A stretch of DNA of 64,000 nucleotides, taken from the IMG/VR virus record IMGVR_UViG_3300024999_000057, positions 38,670-102,669 of that record; one strand, given 5' to 3'. Positions 8,064 to 15,990 of this stretch are shown here, piece after piece. Source of the DNA: a virus. Each line of letters opens with the position of its first letter. Position 1 is the stretch's first letter. Position numbers and translations under genes: made by a program. Below the pieces are notes generated by a model, which did no database searches, was not told where the DNA came from, and saw only the letters and a program-made list of their open reading frames with translations.

Positions 8064-9962
8064 CTATATCCCTGAGTAAAATTGCCTGTGGGGGAAATCC
8101 TGCTCGCGCCTAACTTTGTGCCATGATTTAACCGAGGTCAGGAAACCCACAACGCGGGTCAGCTTGTCCACAATTTCTCCTCCGCATTCCGAGCAGGTCT
8201 CCGAGATCCCCACGGTCATGTGGCCGTTCTCGCATTTGTTCAGTAGGAAGTTGATCGCGAAGTAGATGACCCCAGCTTTAGCTGCAGCCTTAATCAAATC
8301 CACCACCAGCTTGGGATCTTCGATCTTCTGCTCCACGTTCAGGTGGCAGATGGAGCCCCCAGAGAAGTGCTTGTCGAAAAGCCCTTGGAGCATTATGCGA
8401 TCCAACAGGTCCGCCTCGACCGTAAGGGGGATAAACTGGTTGCTGTAGAGGTCGTAGCGACTATTGAACCCCAGCAACCGGTCCTTCTCCGCGAGCTTCA
8501 CCGAAACATTTTCTCCAGGGATCTGCTCGCAATTGTGGGGCGACTTGAGTTTCTTCTGCCACCTGTCGTTCTCGGAGTTGATCGTGTTCAGGATTGCCAG
8601 CACGAAATCCTGCCCGTCTCTGGTCATTATGTCATAGCCCATGATCTCACAGGCTTCGTTCAGGCCGTTAACCCCGCAGGTCGAGTATTGCTTGTTGAGG
8701 TCCATGAACCCATGAGAGTAAAGCGGGAGGTTCCCGTTCTCGATTCTCTTCTTGACGATGTGCCTTTTCGTGTTGTTGATTCGGGAGCACGTCCCAACTA
8801 ACCGCTCTACCTCGGAGAAGAATTTCTCGGGGTCCTTTTTATACCGGAAGGCCAGCTTCGGCATGTTGATGGTGACTACACCGAGCGAGCCGATTTTGCT
8901 GGAGCCAGAACCGAAGGAGTTGAAGTACTCGTTGTCGGTCTCGCTGCGGAGGCGGCAGCACGAACTGAGCGTTGACGATTTCCCGGTGTAGATGTTGATG
9001 AAGCCGAATTCGAGGTTCCTCTCCGCGACCTGGTTGAGGAAGGTCTCGTCGTGGATTTCTCCTGAATCATCTACTGCGAAGCACGCAGTCGTTACCGGGA
9101 ACGTAATGGCGGTTCTTCGCATTTCGGTGTTCATGACATCGAGGAAAAGCATCTGCAGCTTTTTCACGATCTCGATGTCTGGAGTGGTGCCGTCAGGGAA
9201 AACGTAGTTCGGACAGAGGCTCCCCAAGAATTCCTCGTCGTAAACCGAGACATTCGTGAAGGGGCTCTGGGATGCCCTGAGCGGCTGATTGACGGTGTAG
9301 ATGAAGGACACGAGATTCTCCTTCACATAACGCCAGCAATCCTCTTCGCTCGCGAAGCTGAAGTTAGCGTCCATCTTGGTTGCCAAGATGTTCTTGACGT
9401 AGTAGCTCATGACGATCAGGAGATCCGCAAGTCCTGCTGCTCCCAGCGTCGAATTGCTGGCGAGCACGACGAACTGCTCCAGTTGCGACTTGAAGCTGTA
9501 GAGGTACTTGGGAGGCACCGAGGTGATTTTGCTGATCATCGGGAGCCCGAGAAGCATCACGTCGTAGGTCGAGTAGTTGAAGCAGTAGGCTTGGGACGAT
9601 CCGATACCATGAACGTCATTCACGTAGATGTCCCCGCAGACCTGCATCTCGATAACCTCGTCAGATGTCTCCTTCCCGTAGAGCTTCTTGAAGTGCTTCC
9701 ACAGCATGTAGTAGGAATTCAGCTTAAGGAATGGCTTGGGCAACTCCGCGTTGTAGACGATGATGCTCATGTCGCCCAAGTTGGAGTTGGCGTCTATCGA
9801 GACATCAGCCGTAGTTTTAGCTGCGAAGAAATCCTTGGAGAACTTGGGGAGGTCGAGTTGCTTCCCGATCCCATCCATATCGAAAAGCTTTTGTGGATAC
9901 TTGGATTTGAGGAGATCCATCAATTCTTCGAACTGAGGGTCGTAACTGAAGAAGATATTCAT
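8064..9962 (-). CDS. nrdD: anaerobic (class III) ribonucleoside-triphosphate reductase
   Basis: QSPFTN, SSCCRL, GSLGVVTIN, EQIPGE, C-terminal CxxC and TRVVGFL glycyl-radical motif; no ATP cone. Confidence 0.95.
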   Translation of the reverse strand: MNIFFSYDPQFEELMDLLKSKYPQKLFDMDGIGKQLDLPKFSKDFFAAKTTADVSIDANSNLGDMSIIVYNAELPKPFLKLNSYYMLWKHFKKLYGKETSDEVIEMQVCGDIYVNDVHGIGSSQAYCFNYSTYDVMLLGLPMISKITSVPPKYLYSFKSQLEQFVVLASNSTLGAAGLADLLIVMSYYVKNILATKMDANFSFASEEDCWRYVKENLVSFIYTVNQPLRASQSPFTNVSVYDEEFLGSLCPNYVFPDGTTPDIEIVKKLQMLFLDVMNTEMRRTAITFPVTTACFAVDDSGEIHDETFLNQVAERNLEFGFINIYTGKSSTLSSCCRLRSETDNEYFNSFGSGSSKIGSLGVVTINMPKLAFRYKKDPEKFFSEVERLVGTCSRINNTKRHIVKKRIENGNLPLYSHGFMDLNKQYSTCGVNGLNEACEIMGYDIMTRDGQDFVLAILNTINSENDRWQKKLKSPHNCEQIPGENVSVKLAEKDRLLGFNSRYDLYSNQFIPLTVEADLLDRIMLQGLFDKHFSGGSICHLNVEQKIEDPKLVVDLIKAAAKAGVIYFAINFLLNKCENGHMTVGISETCSECGGEIVDKLTRVVGFLTSVKSWHKVRREQDFPHRQFYSGI

Positions 9963-10028
9963 TTATGCTTGGTGCTCCTGTGGTGTTTGAAATGAAAGGC
10001 TGGCAGTTCTCCACCAGCCTTTCTAAAA

Positions 10029-10466
10029 TTAAATTCCCGAATGGCCGAAGCCGCCCTGCCCTCTTTCCGATTCGCTCAGTTCGTCCACCTCTTCCCACTG
10101 GATCGTCTCGAACTTGTTCAGCACGAGTTGGCAGATCCTGTCGCCGGGATTGAGGGTGAACGGCTCGGTGCCGTGGTTGATCAGGATGGCACCTACGGTT
10201 CCACGATACGATTCGTCGATGGTACCCGGAGAATTAAGCACCGAAATGCCATGCTTCAACGCCAATCCCGACCTCGGGCGTACCTGTATTTCATACCCTT
10301 CGGGGATTTCCACACTAATCCCGAGGCTGACCAATTTCCTGTCTCGGGGCCAGAGAGTAAGAGGCTTTTCGATAGCAGCCCTCCCGTCACAACCAGCATC
10401 CCCGATTCGGGCGTACACAGGTACTCCGAAATCTGCCAGATTTTTAACCTTAACGGTTACAGGCAT
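10029..10466 (-). CDS. dut: trimeric dUTPase
   Basis: AGCD, RPRSGLA, GTIDESYRG, RICQL, RGQGGFGHSG motifs. Confidence 0.95.
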   Translation of the reverse strand: MPVTVKVKNLADFGVPVYARIGDAGCDGRAAIEKPLTLWPRDRKLVSLGISVEIPEGYEIQVRPRSGLALKHGISVLNSPGTIDESYRGTVGAILINHGTEPFTLNPGDRICQLVLNKFETIQWEEVDELSESERGQGGFGHSGI

Positions 10467-10736
10467 CTACGCTGCCTCCCTGTCCCGATCTTGATACTCC
10501 CTGCACCATGTCTGGGTCAGTGCATCGACTTCGAGGTCAACCTCAACGAATTCGTCGGAGTTCTTCTGGTACTCCTTCCACTTCTTGTAGTCGGCCTTGA
10601 TCGACTTCACGCTCACGTCGTACTTCTTGGCGAATTCAGTGAGGGCGTCCTTGATGTACGCGCCAATGTCCTTCTTCCTGGCTTCCTGTGCTTCGATGTC
10701 CCTGTAGAAGGGGATGAGTTCTTCGTGCTTAATCAT
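10467..10736 (-). CDS. dsDNA-binding protein (T4 DsbA/GapR-like)
   Basis: Helical 89 aa, RKKDIGAYIKDAL...AKKYDVSVKSIK pattern. Confidence 0.5.
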   Translation of the reverse strand: MIKHEELIPFYRDIEAQEARKKDIGAYIKDALTEFAKKYDVSVKSIKADYKKWKEYQKNSDEFVEVDLEVDALTQTWCREYQDRDREAA

Positions 10737-11007
10737 TGAAAATCTCCAGTTTCTCTTTGATGTTCAGAAGTTGGTCCGCTGCGTTGTGAAGTTTCACAAG
10801 CTGCTTGTCGATGATGTGGGTCATGTAGCGAGCCTCGTCAGAAGTAAAGAGAGGCTCGCAGCCAGGGCAATCGCCTTCGGCCTCTTCATGGGAAATGAAA
10901 AGGACCGGCCCAGTGCAGATAGGGCAGACGTACATGAAGCCATCGGGAACTTCGAATTCAACTGGTTCTGCTATCGGGTACTCGCATTTGCTGCAGTAAT
11001 ACGTCAT
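10729..11007 (-). CDS. zinc-ribbon protein
   Basis: Three CxxC pairs. Confidence 0.55.
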   Translation of the reverse strand: MTYYCSKCEYPIAEPVEFEVPDGFMYVCPICTGPVLFISHEEAEGDCPGCEPLFTSDEARYMTHIIDKQLVKLHNAADQLLNIKEKLEIFND

Positions 11008-11021
11008 TCTGACAAGCTCCT

Positions 11022-11642
11022 TTAGGCTACGCTGATTTCAGCGGGTTCGATGTTAAGCATGTGGACATCCGGGTTCGACGATGCCATGTCCGCGAGATGG
11101 ACGACGATTTCGTGGAGTGAGTACTCTTCAGGGAACGCTTTGACTGCGTGCGCCGGATTCTTCCTGATCGACCACCTACCCATGTGCCAGGCGATGCTTC
11201 CTGTGATGACAGAAAGCATCGGGACTTCCTCGCCCCTCTCTGCGTGGAACTCTCGCGCTGCTCTATGCACGAAGAGGGCAGAAGAAAAATCGTGATCCTT
11301 GGAGGTGTGCCTCTGCTTCACCTCGACGCCCTTCTCGTAGTCTGAGTATTTCAGGATGTCGTGGAGGAGGCACGCTGCGATCACCGCATCCATGTCGTCG
11401 TTCTCGAAGCCGTAGGCTCTCCCGAAACGAATCCCGAAGGAGACAGTGGATTTCAGGTGGTTGACCAAGCCGTAGGGCTCAAGCCTACTCTGTGGTGGGT
11501 GGTATTTACCGGTCGAACTGCTAGCTACCTGAGTCAGGTACGTAGGCGCCTTCATAAGTGTGAACGCCACGAAATCCTGGATCAGCGGATTTTTGATTTG
11601 CTTCAGTTCAGCTTCAACTAATTCGATAATTTCTTCGCTCAA
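11022..11642 (-). CDS. HD-domain phosphohydrolase (YhaM-like phage family)
   Basis: ASSSTGKYHP, GLVNH, LLHDILK, HMGRW, HLADM. Confidence 0.85.
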   Translation of the reverse strand: MSEEIIELVEAELKQIKNPLIQDFVAFTLMKAPTYLTQVASSSTGKYHPPQSRLEPYGLVNHLKSTVSFGIRFGRAYGFENDDMDAVIAACLLHDILKYSDYEKGVEVKQRHTSKDHDFSSALFVHRAAREFHAERGEEVPMLSVITGSIAWHMGRWSIRKNPAHAVKAFPEEYSLHEIVVHLADMASSNPDVHMLNIEPAEISVA

Positions 11643-11857
11643 TTTGTCTCTTTCTCCCTCACCTCAGCGACTCCGCTGAGGAAATCAATGTTGATGCAGG
11701 TGGTTCGTCCTGATTCAGTTTCGAGAGTCAGCCAACCCGCTTCTACTTGTTTCAGGACTCCTTCGTGCGGGACCAAGGAGCCGTACTTGTCGATCAACTG
11801 GACCTTCTTATTCAGAAGGGATTCGATCCCAGATTCAGGTTTCTTCTTCGGTGGCAT
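11639..11857 (-). CDS. small Sm/LSm-like beta-barrel protein (tentative)
   Basis: LLNKKVQL...EGVLKQVE..WLTLE...TCINIDFLSGV resembles the Sm1/Sm2 pattern. Confidence 0.4.
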   Translation of the reverse strand: MPPKKKPESGIESLLNKKVQLIDKYGSLVPHEGVLKQVEAGWLTLETESGRTTCINIDFLSGVAEVREKETN

Positions 11858-11984
11858 CCTCTTCCTCCTCTCCTTCCCAACACCAGGCGTCTTCAGGAAT
11901 CACCTGGTCCAAATTCAGTGTGCATTCGCCCCCGCCGTAATCGACGGGGGCCATTCTTGTGTACGGGCAATGCGAGTAGCACAT

Positions 11985-12272
11985 CTAGCGAACTGCCCTC
12001 CACTGGATTGTCGTGACTTCGACAGGCTCAACTTCAGTGACTTCGACTTCCTCACTCCAGTCCTCGCTGCAGTAATACCAGTCGGAGTGGTAACTCCCTG
12101 ACCTGGACTCGTAGAGGGAATAGTGTTTGTCCTCGAACTTGAAGATGATTTCCCTGCCTTGGTACTTGTAGTCCTGAATCCACTCACCCTCTTCGACGAT
12201 CTCGAATCCTTCTGGAACATCTTCTTTGGTGATGGCGAGCATCAGGTCTTTCGCGAATTTTCTAGTTTTCAT
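11985..12272 (-). CDS. hypothetical acidic protein
   Basis: 95-aa ORF with RBS, in operon context. Confidence 0.6.
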   Translation of the reverse strand: MKTRKFAKDLMLAITKEDVPEGFEIVEEGEWIQDYKYQGREIIFKFEDKHYSLYESRSGSYHSDWYYCSEDWSEEVEVTEVEPVEVTTIQWRAVR

Positions 12273-12546
12273 TTACTGCCTCCCACTGAAACGTTTCCTC
12301 GTTCAAGTAGACCTCGTAACCAGGAACGTCTCCTTCCCAATTCACGAGGAATCCTTTAGGCCTCTCGCCGCCATTCCAGCAGCCTACTTGGTAGAACTTC
12401 CCTTCGTGCCCGAAGACGATATAGGTGCCCTTGCCCTTGGGTTCTTCGGGGTCCCACGAAAACGTAAGCTCCCGAAGTTCATACCCTTCCGGAACGATCT
12501 GGCCTGCGAGGGCAATGATGTCGTCCTTGGGAAAATATTTGGTCAT
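12262..12546 (-). CDS. hypothetical protein
   Basis: Start MTKYFPK with GGAGG RBS overlapping the previous stop. Confidence 0.6.
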   Translation of the reverse strand: MTKYFPKDDIIALAGQIVPEGYELRELTFSWDPEEPKGKGTYIVFGHEGKFYQVGCWNGGERPKGFLVNWEGDVPGYEVYLNEETFQWEAVNEN

Positions 12547-13547
12547 TTGTCCCACCTCCACAATTTGGATTTGTTGTAGTCGAATTTGCCCTGTGTGAAC
12601 CCGATGGTCGCGAATCCGCGCACCCATTTCAGCCCGGTGGCTCTGTTGTTCAGGTAGTAAGGCTGGTCCATGCACGAGCAACCCGTTTCGATGTACGTTG
12701 CACCCATGCTGTCGTAGGAGCCAAGCTGGTGTGAGTGCCCGATCACAAAGGCGTTGAAGTCGATCCCCTGCTTAGATATGGCCCCTGCAGCACCAATTCC
12801 GGTCCTCATCGGGACTACCGTGAAGCGGGACGGGTGGGCGAAAATGGTGTCCTTAACCTTGAGCCACCAGTTGTGGGCGTAGTGTACGTTCTCAAAGTGC
12901 TCCGACACGTTAGCCAGCAGATCGGCCTTGATTAGGAACTTCATGCACTCGTATTGCAGGTTCCGCTGACAATAGCGCTCTACAACGTCATCGTGATTAC
13001 CTCGTACAAGAAGCACTTGCTCGAAGTTGCTGCTGAACCACTGGATCATTTTCACGAGTTGCCCGTACTCGATCTCAGGATCTACGTGGACATTTTTGGC
13101 GTGCTTGGAGAAGAAGTCGCCGTGCGTGATATCTCCGTTGAGTACCACAACCTTCACGCCGCGCTTCTGAGCCTCACGAACCGCAAACGTGATCATCTCG
13201 GTGTTGGCATAAGGGATCTCAATGTCAGAGAGCACCAGAATTTCAAACGTCTGGTACTTGCTGAGAATGTTGTCGATTTCCTCTTGGAACTGCTGGGCGC
13301 GGATGATGTTTCCGTACAACTTATCCTCGTTGAGGTAGTCGTCCGTCAGCACTAGCGCGTCTGCACTGTTAATTTTTGAAGCCTCGTACAAGCGCTTAGC
13401 TTCCTCCCAACTCCCGAAAACCCTCATGTATGGAGCTTCGGTCACGTTGAACTCGGACCGCATCTGCCTTCTGGTGGGAATTGCTCCGTGTCTGTCCTCG
13501 TACTGCTGGATCAGATCCAGAAGATACTCTTTCGTGTAACTACTCAA
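12543..13547 (-). CDS. metallophosphoesterase with N-terminal HTH
   Basis: SDIE, NGDITH, RGNHD, FAHP, GHSH; N-terminal ...RVFGSWEEAK HTH. Confidence 0.85.
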   Translation of the reverse strand: MSSYTKEYLLDLIQQYEDRHGAIPTRRQMRSEFNVTEAPYMRVFGSWEEAKRLYEASKINSADALVLTDDYLNEDKLYGNIIRAQQFQEEIDNILSKYQTFEILVLSDIEIPYANTEMITFAVREAQKRGVKVVVLNGDITHGDFFSKHAKNVHVDPEIEYGQLVKMIQWFSSNFEQVLLVRGNHDDVVERYCQRNLQYECMKFLIKADLLANVSEHFENVHYAHNWWLKVKDTIFAHPSRFTVVPMRTGIGAAGAISKQGIDFNAFVIGHSHQLGSYDSMGATYIETGCSCMDQPYYLNNRATGLKWVRGFATIGFTQGKFDYNKSKLWRWDK

Positions 13548-13555
13548 TTTGGCTC

Positions 13556-13981
13556 CTATTCAGATGTGAATTCATCTGGGCGAAATTCAGAAATAATAAG
13601 TTCCGCCCTTGGGTTTTCCTTGTCGATTCCGCCGAACTTGTACTCGATCTCCGGGATGAACGTGTAGTTATCGTCCTCCAGGAGCTTCAGTTCAATCAGC
13701 GCGTCATCTGCGAATTTCTGTACCACCGCTCCGATGTTTGCCAGATCGAACAGTCGCTTCGTCGAGTAGAAAATCGTGTAGGTGAATTTGTACGGAGGCT
13801 TGCCTAGCTTGCCCTCAGCCTTCTCGACTGCCTTCGCTACGATTTCCTTGTACAAGATCTTCAGCGCGTTGCTCTCGTGGTGCTGCCAGTTGCGGTAATT
13901 ATTTAGTCCGAGCGAATACTTCTTCCCTGGCTTCGTCTTCCTTGGGATGGTCACCGTTAGTGGTAATATCAGTTGATACAT
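13556..13981 (-). CDS. rusA: RusA-like Holliday junction resolvase
   Basis: RLFDLANI...KFADDAL...LEDDN...DKENPRAEL. Confidence 0.8.
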   Translation of the reverse strand: MYQLILPLTVTIPRKTKPGKKYSLGLNNYRNWQHHESNALKILYKEIVAKAVEKAEGKLGKPPYKFTYTIFYSTKRLFDLANIGAVVQKFADDALIELKLLEDDNYTFIPEIEYKFGGIDKENPRAELIISEFRPDEFTSE

Positions 13982-14477
13982 ACTTGTACGCCTTGCCCAG
14001 CTTGATTCTACTAATTGTGGTTTGGGTTACCCCAAATTGTTTAGCTAGATCCCTGCCGGTTCCGTTGATGGAGAAATCTGATTTTTTAATTATCAGCACT
14101 TGCTCCAAGGTTAGTTTGGTGTTGAAGTTTCTCTCGCCGGTAGCACTCCTATTTCTAGTAACTCTGTCGTTCACGTTGTCTTGAGTTGTCCCTATTAGAA
14201 GATGTTCGGGGTTAACACAAAGAGGGTTGTCGCACGTATGCCTAACAACTTTGCCCGTAGGATCTTCACCCTTCAGAAAAATAACGGATAGTCTGTGTGC
14301 AAGCCTGTATTTTCCCCAAAGTTTGTAGAATCCATACCCGTTACTATTAATTGTCCCTCTCCACCGCCAGCATTCATCCGGCCCTCTTTGCTCGATCAAC
14401 GTCTTGAATTTTTCTACAGTGTTACTTGGTCGCCCTACTTGCCCTCCAGGGTTCCTAATTCTCTTCGCTATCCTCAT
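13899..14477 (-). CDS. HNH homing endonuclease with C-terminal HTH
   Basis: CWRWRG, AHRLS, RHTCDNPLCVNPEHL, DNVND, LAKQFGVTQTTISRI; AAGGAG RBS before MRIAKR. Confidence 0.9.
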   Translation of the reverse strand: MRIAKRIRNPGGQVGRPSNTVEKFKTLIEQRGPDECWRWRGTINSNGYGFYKLWGKYRLAHRLSVIFLKGEDPTGKVVRHTCDNPLCVNPEHLLIGTTQDNVNDRVTRNRSATGERNFNTKLTLEQVLIIKKSDFSINGTGRDLAKQFGVTQTTISRIKLGKAYKYVSTDITTNGDHPKEDEAREEVFARTK

Positions 14478-15990
14478 CTCCTTTAATTTCCACTGGCAGA
14501 AATCGCCAGCATCCGTCTTCTCTCGCTTCGATCCGGTGCCCCTTGTATTTATAAGGCACCATCTCAAGCATTTCAGGTTCCCACGACGATTTCCGCCGTT
14601 TCTTGCTCATCACACCCTTGGCTACGATCCAGTTCCCAACTCCATTGTGCTCAAAATAATACTTCATGTTTTTGTCGCAGATCGCACAGATCCCGGCGCC
14701 ATGTGAAGGAGCATTTGTGCCCCCACAAAGGGTGCATTTTTCCAGCCGGGTGTGTTTTCCATGCAGCCTGTATCTTCGCCAAGGGGCCTTGTCCCAGAGG
14801 ATCTTCCTACCAACACCGATCTTGGTCCCGCCTACTTTCAAGTAGAGGAATTCCAAGAGCTTGCCTTTCGCCGGCTTGATGTTGTTCAGGAGAGCGTTGT
14901 CCCTTCCCGCGAAGCTGAAAGCTACTCGGAAGAGATCCCCGTTGAACCAAACTAAAAACCCTTTGGCGTTCCCGCCTACGTGCCAGAATCGTTCTACGAT
15001 TCCCACGGTCACCCTGACCTCAACCACATGAGATTCCCCGGTTCTGGCGGTATCCTGGTCGGTCAGCGTGAGGTACTCGCAATCCGAGTGCTCCATGACC
15101 TTGACGACTTCGCCCAAAACTTCCTCTTCCCGAAATGCGAGGCCCACATAATTGGGCGTGATCTGTGTCAAGAGGTTGTTGTCTTGAAACCTGCGCAGCT
15201 TCTCTACTCGCTCGGGAAACGGGGTCGTGGGCTTGCCATTGAGGGTCAAGGCAAACTCCTTCAGATTGTCGAAGTAATCGACTGGGTGAAACACGGTCCT
15301 TCCTGAATTCAACCGCCCCGCGTACCCCGTCAGGGTAAATCGTGGAGTTCCGATGTACTGCATATCCACGGGAAGTAATGGCTTAATTCCAACTAATTTT
15401 CCTGCTTCACACTCAAATGACCTAGTTGATCTGGGCTCCTTGGAAACCACCCCCAGCCTCATGTCGGGGGCCATAACAGCGGAGATGGCGACCGGGTAGT
15501 TCAACGCGGCGAAGCTTGTCTGGAGGGCCTCAGGTGCCTTATAAATTTCGAAGGTGTTAACCACACCAAGGTCGAGCGAGGTCTGAATCTCCATGACGGG
15601 CAATCCTTTGGTAAAACTTTTTGAAACTAGCGAGAGGTAAAACTCGCGGTCGATCCTGCTGGTCTTCGCTAGAAATCGAATTAACTCTGACTCCCTCGTG
15701 CGAGTCACAGTTTTCCGGTTGAAGAACCTGACGACTTCCAGAAATCCACCGAATGATGCCTCAGAAATTTCTAGTTCCGGGACTGAGTGGTACCTGGAGT
15801 CGTCGATGGCCTTGAACCGAAAATTCAACATGCAGAACCAGCAGGCGAAAGTGAGGAGCCATTCGGATTCCTCTGGAAGCTTCAGAACCCCCTCAGCGAA
15901 TTGCCTCCGTTTTTCCTTAGGTGACCTGAGTTCAACCAAGGAATTCCTGAAGTTCAAAACTTCTTCGATGTTGGAAAGTTCGATTTTCAT
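14455..15990 (-). CDS. inactive ATP-dependent DNA ligase paralog with C-terminal Zn finger
   Basis: Colinear similarity to the ligase at 28551-29948 with KxDG and EGxxxK lost; CTLC-x12-CAIC. Confidence 0.65.
   Translation of the reverse strand: MKIELSNIEEVLNFRNSLVELRSPKEKRRQFAEGVLKLPEESEWLLTFACWFCMLNFRFKAIDDSRYHSVPELEISEASFGGFLEVVRFFNRKTVTRTRESELIRFLAKTSRIDREFYLSLVSKSFTKGLPVMEIQTSLDLGVVNTFEIYKAPEALQTSFAALNYPVAISAVMAPDMRLGVVSKEPRSTRSFECEAGKLVGIKPLLPVDMQYIGTPRFTLTGYAGRLNSGRTVFHPVDYFDNLKEFALTLNGKPTTPFPERVEKLRRFQDNNLLTQITPNYVGLAFREEEVLGEVVKVMEHSDCEYLTLTDQDTARTGESHVVEVRVTVGIVERFWHVGGNAKGFLVWFNGDLFRVAFSFAGRDNALLNNIKPAKGKLLEFLYLKVGGTKIGVGRKILWDKAPWRRYRLHGKHTRLEKCTLCGGTNAPSHGAGICAICDKNMKYYFEHNGVGNWIVAKGVMSKKRRKSSWEPEMLEMVPYKYKGHRIEAREDGCWRFLPVEIKGDEDSEEN

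Noticed and set aside
10029-11642. Z-genome (purZ/datZ) or other base-substitution pathway
   Set aside because: There is no PurZ/PurA-like gene, the HD protein is YhaM-like, and dut plus thyX point to ordinary dTTP synthesis.
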